From positions 192,001 to 256,000 of the forward strand of contig CAVXJS010000007.1 of assembly GCA_963762145.1 (NCBI GenBank): a stretch of 64,000 nt of DNA, in the 5' to 3' direction. This DNA comes from an uncultured Candidatus Rokubacteria bacterium. GTDB lineage: Bacteria; Methylomirabilota; Methylomirabilia; Rokubacteriales; CSP1-6. Positions 20,148 to 30,806 of the stretch are shown here, piece by piece; position 1 is the first letter of the stretch, and each line of letters begins with the position of its first letter. The notes below the pieces were generated by a model. The model ran no database searches and was not told where the DNA came from. It saw only the letters and a program-made list of their open reading frames with translations. The position numbers were made by a program, and so were the translations under genes.

Positions 20148-20296
20148 TTTCACGACCGGAAGAGTCGCAGGAACCAGGGCGCCTGTCAATGGGCGTGCCG
20201 GGGGGTGGGGAATGGCTTGACTCGCCGCGCGGGTCCGTGGTACTCCAACCTCCGGGCCGCTGCAGCTCCTCCCAATTCGGTCCCCACGAGGTCACC

Positions 20297-21188
20297 ATGG
20301 CGCAAGTCGTTGGATTCATTGGGCTTGGAATTATGGGCCGTCCCATGGCCAAGAACTTGCTGAAGGCAGGATATCCACTGGTTGTCCACAGCCGGAGCCA
20401 GGGGCCGGTCCAGGAGCTGGTCGGGGCGGGGGCCAAGGCGGCCTCCAGTCCGAGGGACGTCGCGGCCCAGGCCGACGTCGATCATCGCCATGCTGCCGAA
20501 CTCGCCGGACGTGGAGCTGGTGGCGCTCGGCAAGGACGGCCTGATCGACGGGGTCAAGCGCGGGCAGCTCTTCGCGGACATGTCCACGATCTCGCCGCTG
20601 GTCTCCCAGAAGGTCGGCAAGGCCCTCGCGGCGAAGGGCGTGCGCATGCTCGACGCGCCGGTCTCGGGCGGCGAGAAGGGCGCCATCGACGCGGCGCTGT
20701 CCATCATGGTCGGCGGCGAGAAGGCCGACTTCGACGCCGCGCTGCCGGTGTTCCAGGCGCTCGGCAAGACGATCACGCACCTCGGGCCGCTGGGCGCGGG
20801 CGGCTTCACCAAGCTCGCCAACCAGATCATCGTGGCGGTGAATCTCACCGCGCTGGGCGAGGCGCTCACGCTGGCCCGCAAGGCCGGGCTCGATCGCGCG
20901 CTCACCCTCAAGGCGCTCGGCGGCGGCCTGGCCGGCTCGAAGTGCCTCGAGCAGAAGACGGCGAACTACGTGGCGGGGACCTACAATCCCGGCTTCAAGA
21001 TCGATCTGCACTTCAAGGATCTGGGGCTCATCATGGAGTCGTCCCGCGCCCTCGGCGTGCCGCTGCCGACCACCGCGGTGGTGCAGGAGCTGTTCAACGC
21101 CATGCGGGTCAAGGGCAAGGGAGGGCTCGACCATTCCGGCGTGATCACGCTACTCGAGGAGCTGGCGGGCGTGCCGGAGAAGTCATGA
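20297..21188 (+). CDS. garR: 2-hydroxy-3-oxopropionate (tartronate semialdehyde) reductase; frameshift near 20480
   Basis: VGFIGLGIMG, MLPNSPDV, DAPVSGG, KLANQ, PGFKIDLHFKDL. Confidence 0.8.
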
Positions 21189-22215
21189 GGGCGACCGTCG
21201 ACCGTCCGGGGCTCGATTCGCAGGGCCGCTCGCCCCTCATCAAGATCCGCCGGGTCCGGAAGGGGGATCTCTCCAAGGTCCGCGACGTCATCGAGCAGGC
21301 CTTCGGCGATTTCTTCGAGCGGCAGGTGGGCACGCGGCCGCGCCAGGTGTTCGGCGGGGCCCAGTACGTGCACCATCGCTGGCTCATGGAGCCGTGGGGC
21401 TGCTTCGTGGCCGAGGAGGGCGACGGCAAGATCGTCGGCGCGGCCGTCGCGGTGATGTGGGGCACGGTGGGCGTGATCGGCCCGGTCGCGGTGCTCACCC
21501 ACTACCAGAACCAGGACATCGGCCAGCAGCTCCTCGACCGCCTGCCAGGAGTTCTTCGACGAGAACAAGGCCACGCTGCAGGGCGTGGCACCTATCCCTA
21601 CAGCCCCAAGCACCTGATCTTCTACCAGAAGTTCGGCTACAAGCCGAAGGGCCTGGTGGTGGTGACCAGCAAGGCGCTCGATCGCGCGCGATGGGCGCCC
21701 CGAAGCCCGCGGCGAAGCCCGGGGCCGGCGTGCGCCGCTACTCCACGCTCGAGGAGGCGAGCAAGAAGCAGGTGATGCAGAAGATCCGGCGCATCACCAA
21801 TCATTTCTGGCGCGGGACTCGACGTGGGCAAGGAGATCGAGATCGTCGACGGCCTCGCCCTCGGCGATACGCTCCTGCTCGAGAAGGGGCGGGAGGTCAT
21901 CGGCTTCGCGGTCTGCCACATGCCGCCCAACAGCGAGGCGCCGCACGGCAGCCGCCTACGTCAAGCTGCTCGCCATCGACGGGCGCCACAAGCAAGCCCG
22001 AGCACCTGCACGCTCTGCTGGCGGGAGTCGAGGACATGGCCGCGTCCGCCCAGCTCCAGCGCGTGGTCGTGCCCGCCTACACGTACTACTGGACCGCCTA
22101 CCAGACGCTGCTCGAGCGCGGCTATCACGTGGACTTCACCATGGTGCGCATGAAGCGGGGCAAGCAGGAGGACTACGAGGACGCCAGCGATCTCGTGCTG
22201 GACGACTGGCGCTGA
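21185..22215 (+). CDS. Double-domain GNAT acetyltransferase (multiple frameshifts)
   Basis: IGPVAV...YQNQDIGQQL, FYQKFGY; C-terminal LVLDDWR. Confidence 0.65.
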
Positions 22216-22220
22216 TCGAC

Positions 22221-22610
22221 GTGGTGTTCGCGTACCGGCCGGCCCTCGCGGCGGCTCTGCTGCTGGCCTGTCTCACGCTCGCCGCGCCCCGCGCGACCTC
22301 TCCGCACGCAATCGTCCTCGAGTCGTCCCCGCTGCCCGGCGCGGTGCTGCGGCAGCCCCCGTCTGAGGTGACGCTCCGCTTCAATAGCCGGATCGAGAAA
22401 CGCTTCACCCGGGTGTCGCTGGCCCTCGTGGACCGGGCGCCGGTGACCCTGGCGCTGCCCCCCGGCGGTGCCGAGACCACGCCCGACCGGCTCACGATCC
22501 CGCTGGAGGCGCTGGGCCCCGGCGCCTACGTCCTGCGCTATCGCGTGCTCGCGGTGGACGGCCACATCACCGAGGGTGCGCTGCGCTTCACGGTCGGCGC
22601 CGGCCGCTGA
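22221..22610 (+). CDS. copC: Copper resistance protein CopC
   Basis: Signal peptide, HAIVLESSP, YRVLAVDGH..G..RFTV. Confidence 0.85.
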   Translation: MVFAYRPALAAALLLACLTLAAPRATSPHAIVLESSPLPGAVLRQPPSEVTLRFNSRIEKRFTRVSLALVDRAPVTLALPPGGAETTPDRLTIPLEALGPGAYVLRYRVLAVDGHITEGALRFTVGAGR

Positions 22611-23694
22611 TGCCCGACGCGGCGCTGATCCGAGGCTTCGCGACGGTGGAGGGGACCGCGGGCTACCGCACCCGGCGGGCCGCCCGCGCCGGGGAGGGGC
22701 ATTTCCGGACGTGGCAGGGCCTCACCCTGTCCTCGGTCGGCCTCGGCACCTATCTGGGCGCGGAGGACGAGGCGACGGACCAGGCCTACCAGGCCGCGGT
22801 GCGTCGCGCGCTCGAGCTGGGCTTCAACGTGGTGGACTCCGCGATCAACTATCGCCACCAGCGCAGCGAGCGCAGCGTGGGCGCGGTCCTGCGCGCGCTG
22901 GCGCGAGAGGTGCGGATCGCGCGGGAGGACGTGCTGATCGCGACCAAGGGCGGCTTCATGCCGCACCCGGTGGAAGCCTACGTGAAGGCCGGGATCGTGC
23001 AAGCCCGAGGAGATCGTGGCCGACAGCCACTGCATCGCCCCGCGCTTTCTCGCCGATCAGCTCGACCGGAGCCGCGCCAACCTGGGCGTCGAGACCATCG
23101 ACGTCTACTTCGTGCACAACCCGGAGACGCAGCTCGGCGCGGTGGACCAGGCCACCTTCCTCGTGCGCATGCGGGCCGCCTTCGAGCTCCTGGAAGGTGC
23201 GGTGGGCGACGGCAAGATCCGCTGCTACGGCGCCGCGACGTGGACCGGCTTCCGTCAGCCCGCGTCGGCGGACGACTATCTCTCGCTGCCCGGGCTGAGC
23301 GCATCGCGCGGGAGATGGCGGGCGACGGCCACCACTTCCGCGTGGTCCAGCTCCCCTACAACCTCGCGATGACCGAGGCGTTCACGGTCGCCAACCAGCG
23401 CGTCGGGCGCGAGACCGTCGAGTCGATGCAGGCGGCCCAGCGGCTCGGCATCTACGTGATGACGTCGGCGTCCATCTTCCAGGGCAAGCTGGCCCGCAAC
23501 CTGCCGCCGATCATCGGCGAGTTGCTGGCCGGACTCGGACGGATGCCCAGCGGGCGCTCCAGTTCGTGCGATCCACGCCCGGGGTCGGCACCGCGCTCGT
23601 GCGGCATGCGCAGCGTGGCTCACGTCGAGGAGAACGCGGGGTTGGGCGCGGTGCCCCCGGTGCCGTCAGCGAGAAGCTCTTCTCCCCGGCCTGA
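22610..23694 (+). CDS. Aldo/keto reductase (multiple frameshifts)
   Basis: SSVGLGTY, DSAINY, IATKGG, IDVYFVHNPE, QLPYNL. Confidence 0.8.
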
Positions 23695-23707
23695 GGCGCG
23701 AAAGCCC

Positions 23708-23736
23708 TTGAAAATTCGGGCCCCGTCGGCTAGCGT
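23708..23736 (+). promoter_or_regulatory. Sigma70-like promoter
   Basis: TTGAAA-N17-TAGCGT, 18 nt before ATG 23755. Confidence 0.5.
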
Positions 23737-23754
23737 GATCGTCGTGACCACGCC

Positions 23755-24520
23755 ATGGTGACCAGCATCCATCACGTCGGCATCGCGTGAAGAACTCTAC
23801 GAGGCGTACCGCTTCTGGCGCGACACGCTGGGCCTGCCGCTCATCCGCGAGGCGACCGTCGAGGGACAGGGCGTGCGCGCCGCGTTGCTCGCCGCCGGCG
23901 ACAGCGAGATCGAGCTGCTCGAGCCGTCGGCGCGGAGAGTCCGGGTCGCGCGATTCCTCGCCAAGCGCGGGGAGGGGCTGCATCACCTCTGCTTCCGGAC
24001 CGCCGGGCGTGGATCGGGGATCTCGAGCGCGCTCGCAGTCCCAGAGCGTCCCGCTGCTCGACGCCGCGCCGCGCGAGGGGCTCGCCGGGCCGCATCGCGT
24101 TCCTCCATCCGCAGTGCCTGTCATGGCGTGCTGGTGGAGCTCGCCACCCCGCGGCCGGAGCGGCTCGCGGCGGAGTCGCCGGTGCGCTTCAAGCGCCTCG
24201 TGATCGGCTGCCCATCGCCGCAGGACACCGCCACGACCTACCAGGGTCTCTTCGGCCTGCCCGAGGTCGAGGTCAACGGCGGGCCGCGCGCCATGCTCGG
24301 CTGGTCCGGCGGCGGCACGCTCCTGATGGTGCCGGCCGGCGAGGTCGGGGGGATGGAAGGCATGGTCGCGCTGTCGATGGTGGCGCCGGACATGCCGCCG
24401 CTGATCGAGCGCCTGGAGCGCGCCCAGGCCGCGCTGCTGCTCGGGGCCGGGGAGCTCACGGTCGAGCCGGCGTCCTCGCACGGCGTCCATCTCCACATCA
24501 GCCGCTACCACTTCCCCTGA
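23755..24520 (+). CDS. VOC/glyoxalase family, methylmalonyl-CoA epimerase-like (frameshifted)
   Basis: IHHVGIA, EIELLEP, RGEGLHHLCF, HGVLVEL, plus a second VOC-like half. Confidence 0.7.
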
Positions 24521-25296
24521 TCGCGCGGCTGGCCGGCAAGATCGCGCTGGTCACCGGGGGCGCCACCGGTATCGGCCGCGCGACGGTGCTGGCGCTGGCC
24601 CGCGAAGGCGCCGCGGTGGCGGTCAATTACTCCCGGTCGAAGGAAGCGGCCCACGAGACGGCCAGGCTCGCCGAGCAGGCCGGGGGCCGGGCGCTGCCGG
24701 TCCAGGCCGACATCACGCGCGACACGGAGGTGCGGGAGATGGCCGACCTGGTCGCGCGCGAGCTGGGCGGCCTCGACTGCCTGGTCAACAACGCGGGCTG
24801 GACGCAGCGCGTGCCGCACCGGCGCTTCGAGGATCTCACCGACGAGATCTGGGATCGCGTCCTCGCGACCAACCTGCGCGGCGCCTTCTACTGCGTGCGC
24901 GCCGCGGTGCCCCACATGGAGCGCCGGGGCGGCGGGGCCATCGTCAACATCACGTCGGTGGCGACGTTCACCGGCACCGGTTCGTCCATGGCCTACGCGG
25001 CGTCCAAGGCCGGGCTCGATGCCCTGACGAAATCGCTCGCCCGCGCGCTCGCGCCGTCGCGCATCCGGGTCAACGCGGTGGCTCCGGGCCTGGTCTCGAC
25101 CGGCTTCGGCGGCGGCCTCATCACGAAGGACCTGCTCGACCAGATCGGGAGCCTCACGCCGATCGGCCGGTCCGCGACGGTGGAGGAAGTTGCGGCGGCG
25201 GTGGTGTTCCTGCTCGCCAACGATGCCGTGACCGGCTACACCACGATCGTGGACGGCGGGCTCACCGCGCTCGGCCCCACGAATCCGCTGAGCTAG
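24517..25296 (+). CDS. SDR family oxidoreductase (start uncertain)
   Basis: LVTGGATGIG lies upstream of the tracked start; NNAG, YAASK, NAVAPG. Confidence 0.85.
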   Translation: MIARLAGKIALVTGGATGIGRATVLALAREGAAVAVNYSRSKEAAHETARLAEQAGGRALPVQADITRDTEVREMADLVARELGGLDCLVNNAGWTQRVPHRRFEDLTDEIWDRVLATNLRGAFYCVRAAVPHMERRGGGAIVNITSVATFTGTGSSMAYAASKAGLDALTKSLARALAPSRIRVNAVAPGLVSTGFGGGLITKDLLDQIGSLTPIGRSATVEEVAAAVVFLLANDAVTGYTTIVDGGLTALGPTNPLS

Positions 25297-25297
25297 C

Positions 25298-25708
25298 GTG
25301 GACCCGCGCCGGCCGTTTCGCGGCCTCGGCTCGGCGCGAAAAACCCGCCGGACCCTGGAGCGTGGCGGCATCGGGCCCGCCGCGGAGCTGAACCAGACGC
25401 TCGGCAAGTGGCCCCGCGTCCGGATCACCCCGATGTTCGGGCGCTGGGGCTACTTCGTCGGCGCCCGCCTGTTCGCCTGCTTCCCGCTACGGGCCAAGGA
25501 CCACGACCTCTGGATCCGCCTCACGCCCGACGACCAGCGGCGCGCGCTCGCGGCGGGCTGCTCGCCCCACCGGCGGATGAGCGCGACGGGCTGGGTCGAG
25601 TGCCGCGTGGAGGACCCGCGCGATACCGGACGCGCGATCCGCTGGCTGCGGCGCTCCTACGAGTCGGCCAAGGAGGCCGTCGAGCGGGACGAGCGCGCGG
25701 ACTCCTGA
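25298..25708 (+). CDS. TfoX N-terminal-like small protein
   Basis: PMFGRWGYFVGARLFA...GWV...W LRRSY pattern. Confidence 0.55.
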   Translation: MDPRRPFRGLGSARKTRRTLERGGIGPAAELNQTLGKWPRVRITPMFGRWGYFVGARLFACFPLRAKDHDLWIRLTPDDQRRALAAGCSPHRRMSATGWVECRVEDPRDTGRAIRWLRRSYESAKEAVERDERADS

Positions 25709-26916
25709 GCCGCGGTCTGGATGGCGTCGATGGGCACCAGGGGCACCAGGAGCCACGCGGCGGCGGTGAACGCGGCCGAGATCAGCACCAGGGGCGTGTA
25801 GCCCACCCAGTCGTACAGGTTCGCGCCGGTCCACTCCGCGCTGCGCATGCCGAGGTTGTGGACCGACATGAGGAGCGCGAAGAACGTGGCCTCCGCGCGA
25901 CGCGGGCAGGCCTTGGCGGCCAGGTCCAGGAACGCGAGCTGGGTGGTCATGCCGACCGCGCCGAAGACCACCGTGATCACGATGCCGGACGCCGGGCCCC
26001 GGTAGACCAGATAGGCGAGGGTGCCCACCACCCCGGCGCCGATGGACCAGACGATCAGACGCTTGAGCGAGTACCGCCGCGACAGGCGCGCGTAGGCCCA
26101 GGCGCCCGCGATGCCCGCGGCGGCCCCCAGCGACGAGAGCACGCCGATGAACGTCTGGGAGAAGCCGAGCACGTCGGTCTCGTAGTAGAAGAACGCGGGT
26201 CCGAACGACGGGCTGAACGTCCAGAAGAAGGTGAAACCCGCCACCATCCACAGGTCGCGCCGCCGGAGCGCCTCGCGGACCGCGCCGGCGGTCTCGCCGA
26301 AGCCCTCGAGAGTCGGGCGCGCGGGCGCCTCCCGCACCACGAGGAGCGCCATCAGGAACGAGATCGCCGGGAAGCAGGCGACGAGCGCGAACGCGGCCGC
26401 GAAGGCCCGGCGCTCCGCGAGGTAGCCGCCGGCGACCCCGACCAGGATCGAGGCCGCGCTCAGCGCGCCCCACTGCACGGACTGGAACGCGCCGGTCAGC
26501 CCCACCCGCTGGCCGTTCTCCACCATGAGGGCGTCGGTCAGGACGTCGGTGAAGCCGACGCCCAGCCAGAGCAGGGTGATCAGGGTGGCGAGCTGGGCGT
26601 AGGACGCACCGGGCATCAGGCTCAGCGCGATCGCGGTCACGGCGGCGGTCGCGGACATGATCAGGAAGTAGCTCCGGCGCCGCGTGCCGAAGAGCGGCAC
26701 GAAGTCCGAGAGCAGGCCGTAGACCGGCTTGATGAACCACGGGATCGTGGTGATCCAGGTGAACGCGGCGAGCTGCCCGGCGGAGAGGCCGCGCTCCTTG
26801 AACACGATCGCGACGACCTGGTCGGGCAGATAGATCATGCCCTGGGCGAAGTAGACGATCGCGAAGAGCAGCGCGAGCCGTCGGGCCTCGGGGCTCTGGA
26901 AGGGGTGCTCCCGCAT
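25657..26916 (-). CDS. MFS transporter, BT1/folate-biopterin-like
   Basis: YFAQG, PWFIKPVYGLLSD..PLFGTRRRSY, DVLTDALMVE, EATFFALLMSVHN. Confidence 0.85.
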   Translation of the reverse strand: MREHPFQSPEARRLALLFAIVYFAQGMIYLPDQVVAIVFKERGLSAGQLAAFTWITTIPWFIKPVYGLLSDFVPLFGTRRRSYFLIMSATAAVTAIALSLMPGASYAQLATLITLLWLGVGFTDVLTDALMVENGQRVGLTGAFQSVQWGALSAASILVGVAGGYLAERRAFAAAFALVACFPAISFLMALLVVREAPARPTLEGFGETAGAVREALRRRDLWMVAGFTFFWTFSPSFGPAFFYYETDVLGFSQTFIGVLSSLGAAAGIAGAWAYARLSRRYSLKRLIVWSIGAGVVGTLAYLVYRGPASGIVITVVFGAVGMTTQLAFLDLAAKACPRRAEATFFALLMSVHNLGMRSAEWTGANLYDWVGYTPLVLISAAFTAAAWLLVPLVPIDAIQTAAQESARSSRSTASLADS

Positions 26917-26940
26917 GGCCCATGATAATCTAGCGTCTCG

Positions 26941-28995
26941 ATGCGAGCCACGTTGCCGTCCGTCTGCCCTCACGACTGCCCGTCGCAGTGCGCGCTCCAG
27001 GTCACGGTGGAGGCGGGGCGCATCACCGACGTCACCGGCGATGCGCGGCACCCGTTCACCCGGGGCGTGATCTGCGGCAAGGTCCACGACTACGCCGAGC
27101 GCGTCTACGGGCCGACGAGGGTGCTGACACCCCTTCGTCGCGTCGGGCCCAAGGGCGAGGGGCGCTTCGAGCCGATCGGCTGGGACGAGGCGGTGGACGA
27201 GATCGCGCACCGCTGGCGGCGCGTGATCGCCCAGTGGGGCGCGGAGGCCATCCTGCCGTACTCCTACGGCGGCACGCTTGGGCTCGTGCAGAACCGGGCG
27301 GGGCACGCGCTGTTCTACGCGCTCGGCGCGTCGCGGCTCGACCGCACCATCTGCGTCAGCACCGCCTACGCGGGCTGGCAGGGCACGCTGGGCACGGTCT
27401 CCGGCAACGACTCCGAGCAGATGGTGGACTCCGAGCTGATCGTGCTCTGGGGCATCAACGCCTCCCACACCCACATCAATGCCATGACGCTCGTCAAGCG
27501 CGCGCGGCAGCGCGGCGCGTTCGTGATCTGCGTGGATCCCTACCGCACGCCGACCGCGCGGCAGGCCGACTGGCACCTGATGCCGCGGCCGGGGACGGAC
27601 GGGGCCCTGGCCCTGGGCGTCATGCACGTGCTCATCGGCGAGGGGCGCGTGGACCAGGAGTACATCCGGCGCGCGACGCTCGGTTTCACCGCGCTGGCCC
27701 AGCACGTCAAGCAGTACGATCCCGAGCGGGTCGCCGCGATCACCGGGCTCGCCGCCGCGGACGTGGTGGCCTTCGCCCACCGCTACGGCGCCACGCGCGC
27801 CGCGTTCATCCGGGTCGGGATCGGGCTCTCCCGCCACGACAACGGCGGCATGACGTGCCGGACCATCGCGTGCCTGCCCGGGCTGACCGGGGCGTACGCG
27901 CATCCCGCGGGCGGCGCCCTGCTGGCGTCCAGCGGGGCGTTCGGCCTCTCGAACGCGGTGATCGAGCGGCCGGACCTGATGCCCCAGCCCGCGCCGCGGA
28001 TGATCAACATGATTCACCTCGGGCGCGCGCTCACCGATCCGGACCTGGCGCCGCCGGTCAAGGCGCTCTACGTGTACAACGCGAATCCGGCCTCGATCAC
28101 CCCCAACCAGGAGCTCGTGCTCCAGGGCCTCGCGCGGGAGGATCTCTTCACGGTGGTGCACGAGCAGCACCTCACCGACACCACCGACTACGCCGATCTC
28201 GTGCTCCCGGCCACCACGTCCATGGAGCACACCGACTGCTACAAGTCCTACGGCCACTTCTACGTGCAGCTCGCCCGCCCGGTGATCGCGCCGGAGGGTG
28301 AGGCGCGCTCGAACTGGGCGGTGACCCGGCTGCTCGCGCCGGCGCTGGGGCTGCGCGACCCGCACTTCCGCAAGAGCGAGGACGATCTGATCCGCGAGTC
28401 GCTCGCCTCGGGCGATCCCTCGATCGAGGGCATCACGCTCGAGCGGCTCGAGGCCGAGCGCTCGGTACGGCTCCAGGTGGGCCGGCCCTATCTCCCGTTC
28501 GCGAACGGGGCGCCGACGCCGTCCGGCAAGGTCGAGTTCTTGTCGGAGTCGCTGGCCCGGGCGGGCCTGCCCGCGCTCCCCACCTACACCCCGCTGGTGG
28601 AAGGCCCGGAGCACGCCGAGCTCACGCGGCGCTACCCGCTGCAGTGCATCGTGCCGCCCAACCGCTTCTTCCTCAACTCGTCGTTCAGCCAGTCCGAGCT
28701 CATGCGCCGGCGCCAGCGCGGGCCCGCGGTGCTGCTGCATCCGGCCGACGGCGCGGCCCGCGGGATCCGGACCGGCGACGCGGTGCTGGTGCGGAGCGCG
28801 CGCGGCGAGGCGCGGTTCACCGCCGAGCTGACCGACGACACGCGCGAGGGAGTGGCGGTGGTGGAAGGGATCTGGTGGAGCAAGCATCAGTCGGGCGGGC
28901 GCGGGGTCAACGCGCTCACCGACGACCGCACCGCGGACATGGGCGGCGGCCCGGCGCTGCACTCCAATTTGGTGCAGGTGGAGCGCCTGCGGTGA
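26941..28995 (+). CDS. Molybdopterin (bis-MGD) oxidoreductase with N-terminal 4Fe-4S site
   Basis: CPHDCPSQC...ICGK, PRPGTDGAL, ADLVLPAT, TPSGKVEF, C-terminal molydop-binding domain. Confidence 0.9.
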   Translation: MRATLPSVCPHDCPSQCALQVTVEAGRITDVTGDARHPFTRGVICGKVHDYAERVYGPTRVLTPLRRVGPKGEGRFEPIGWDEAVDEIAHRWRRVIAQWGAEAILPYSYGGTLGLVQNRAGHALFYALGASRLDRTICVSTAYAGWQGTLGTVSGNDSEQMVDSELIVLWGINASHTHINAMTLVKRARQRGAFVICVDPYRTPTARQADWHLMPRPGTDGALALGVMHVLIGEGRVDQEYIRRATLGFTALAQHVKQYDPERVAAITGLAAADVVAFAHRYGATRAAFIRVGIGLSRHDNGGMTCRTIACLPGLTGAYAHPAGGALLASSGAFGLSNAVIERPDLMPQPAPRMINMIHLGRALTDPDLAPPVKALYVYNANPASITPNQELVLQGLAREDLFTVVHEQHLTDTTDYADLVLPATTSMEHTDCYKSYGHFYVQLARPVIAPEGEARSNWAVTRLLAPALGLRDPHFRKSEDDLIRESLASGDPSIEGITLERLEAERSVRLQVGRPYLPFANGAPTPSGKVEFLSESLARAGLPALPTYTPLVEGPEHAELTRRYPLQCIVPPNRFFLNSSFSQSELMRRRQRGPAVLLHPADGAARGIRTGDAVLVRSARGEARFTAELTDDTREGVAVVEGIWWSKHQSGGRGVNALTDDRTADMGGGPALHSNLVQVERLR

Positions 28996-29046
28996 CCCCC
29001 GCGCCGCGGTGGTCCTCGAACCTCTAATACCGAACGGAGCCACGCC

Positions 29047-30750
29047 ATGCCGGCGAATCCAGGAGCCTCTCGTAACGCGGCCGACCGGGTGCAGGTCGCC
29101 CCGGTGGAGGGCGCCGCCGCCCTCTTCACGCCCGAGTTCCGCGACTATCTCGTGCGCCTGTGCGACGAGTTCACCCCGCGCGCGGACGGGCTGCGCGCCA
29201 AGCGGGACGAGCGCCTCGTGCGCGCGCTCCAGCAGGGACGGTTGCCCGCGCCGCTGCCCGCCAGCGCGGCCACCACGTCCGACTGGAAGGTGCCGCCGGT
29301 GCCGAAGGACCTCGCCACTCCCGGCATCGAGATCTCCGGGCCGTGCTCGATCACCAGCATGTTCATCAACGCGCTCAATCCCGGGCCGGAAGGGGAGCGG
29401 GCGGAGGGCGACCTCGACGACGACGAGGACTCGGCGGGGCATCGCCTGATCGACACGGTGCGCGCCTGCCACAATCGGCTCGCGGCGGTGAACCACGAGC
29501 TCCAGCACGTGGACCGCGAGCGAAACCGCGAGTACCGCATCGCGCCCGGCGAGCTGCCGTTCTTCATGCACCGCGAGCGCGGCCTGCATCTGGACGAGCC
29601 GGAGGTCACGGTGGACGGCCGGCCCGTCTCGGCCGCGATCCTCGGCACCGCGCTCACGCTGTACTACCCGGGCCGCGCCCAGGCCAGCCGCGGGCAGGGC
29701 ATCTACTTCTACCTGCCCAAGGTGGACGGCGCCGAGGAGTGCGCCTGGTATCGCGACGTCTTCGACCGGAGCCGCGCGCTCCTGCCCTTCCTGAAGGACG
29801 CGACGATCCGCGCGATCCCGCTCGTCGAGGCGCTGCCCGCGGTCTACGAGATGGAGGAGATGCTCCACGCTCTGGGGCCCTACGCGGCCGGGCTGAACGC
29901 GGCGCGCTGGGACCTGAAGGCGAGCATCTTCGAGTTCGTGATGGCCGATCCCAACTCGGTGTGGCCGGACCGCTTCGGGGTCGACATCAAGACCACGCCG
30001 TTCCTCTCCAACATCTTCCGCCGTCTGGTCGCGGTCTGCCTCAAGCACGGCGCCGTCCCGATCGGCGGCATGGCCACCGCGCTGCCCAATCCCGACCCCG
30101 AGGTGAACCGGGTGGCCGCGGAGTCCATCAAGGCCGACAAGGTGTGGGAGGCCGAGCAGGGCTTCATCCGCGCCTGGGTGGCCCACATCTTCCACATGAA
30201 GACCGCGGCCGAGCCGTTCAAGCGGCTGCACGCCGGCGGGGCCTGGAAGCCCAAGCCCGAGATGCTGAAGCCGGACAGCTACCCGGTGCGCATCGAGGTG
30301 CCGGCGGGGCCGATCACGCTCGAGGGCACGCGCCGCAACGCCCGCATGGTCATCGAGTACGTCGAGGGCTGGCTGCAGGGCCGCGGCGCGAAGGGCATCG
30401 ACAGCCTCGCGGGCAAGCCCGGCGTGCATCCGGCGCTGATGGAAGACCTGGCCACCGGCCGCATGTCGGTGGCCCAGATCGCGCAACGCATCCGACATTC
30501 GGCGAAGACGAGTCAAGGTCCCGCCGCGACCCACGACGCGGCGCTGGTGAAGCGGCTGCTCCAGGAGGAGTGCGACGACATCCTGCGCCTGATGAAGGCG
30601 CCCGACGCCTCGACCACGGACCGCTACCGCAAGGCGGTGAAGATCGCCCAGCGCTGGATCAAGAACTACGTCGACCTCGACTACCGCAGCCTCGGCTCCT
30701 ACACCCGCGCCGACCTGGAGCGGATCGCCACCGGCCCCGACGCGCTGTAG
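29047..30750 (+). CDS. aceB: Malate synthase family protein
   Basis: EISGP, RGLHLDE, YFYLPK, GLNAARWD, IGGMA, WVAH, LMEDLAT. Confidence 0.8.
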   Translation: MPANPGASRNAADRVQVAPVEGAAALFTPEFRDYLVRLCDEFTPRADGLRAKRDERLVRALQQGRLPAPLPASAATTSDWKVPPVPKDLATPGIEISGPCSITSMFINALNPGPEGERAEGDLDDDEDSAGHRLIDTVRACHNRLAAVNHELQHVDRERNREYRIAPGELPFFMHRERGLHLDEPEVTVDGRPVSAAILGTALTLYYPGRAQASRGQGIYFYLPKVDGAEECAWYRDVFDRSRALLPFLKDATIRAIPLVEALPAVYEMEEMLHALGPYAAGLNAARWDLKASIFEFVMADPNSVWPDRFGVDIKTTPFLSNIFRRLVAVCLKHGAVPIGGMATALPNPDPEVNRVAAESIKADKVWEAEQGFIRAWVAHIFHMKTAAEPFKRLHAGGAWKPKPEMLKPDSYPVRIEVPAGPITLEGTRRNARMVIEYVEGWLQGRGAKGIDSLAGKPGVHPALMEDLATGRMSVAQIAQRIRHSAKTSQGPAATHDAALVKRLLQEECDDILRLMKAPDASTTDRYRKAVKIAQRWIKNYVDLDYRSLGSYTRADLERIATGPDAL

Positions 30751-30762
30751 CGGCACTCATCT

Positions 30763-30796
30763 CCCTCTCCCCTCGGGGGAGAGGGCAGGGTGAGGG
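30763..30796. repeat. CCCTCTCCC/GGGAGAGGG..GGGTGAGGG palindromic element (BoxC-like)
   Basis: 10-bp stem CCCTCTCCCC-TCG-GGGGAGAGGG with a purine-rich tail. Confidence 0.7.
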
Positions 30797-30806
30797 GAGG
30801 AGCAGC

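Noticed and set aside
25657-30756. Very long minus-strand ORF (1699 aa) and similar shadow ORFs (1177..4245, 17905..20220, 12354..14171, 57042..58898)
   Set aside because: Stop-poor antisense frames of real high-GC genes. Only the 3' parts encoding the MFS transporter and the kinase are genuine.
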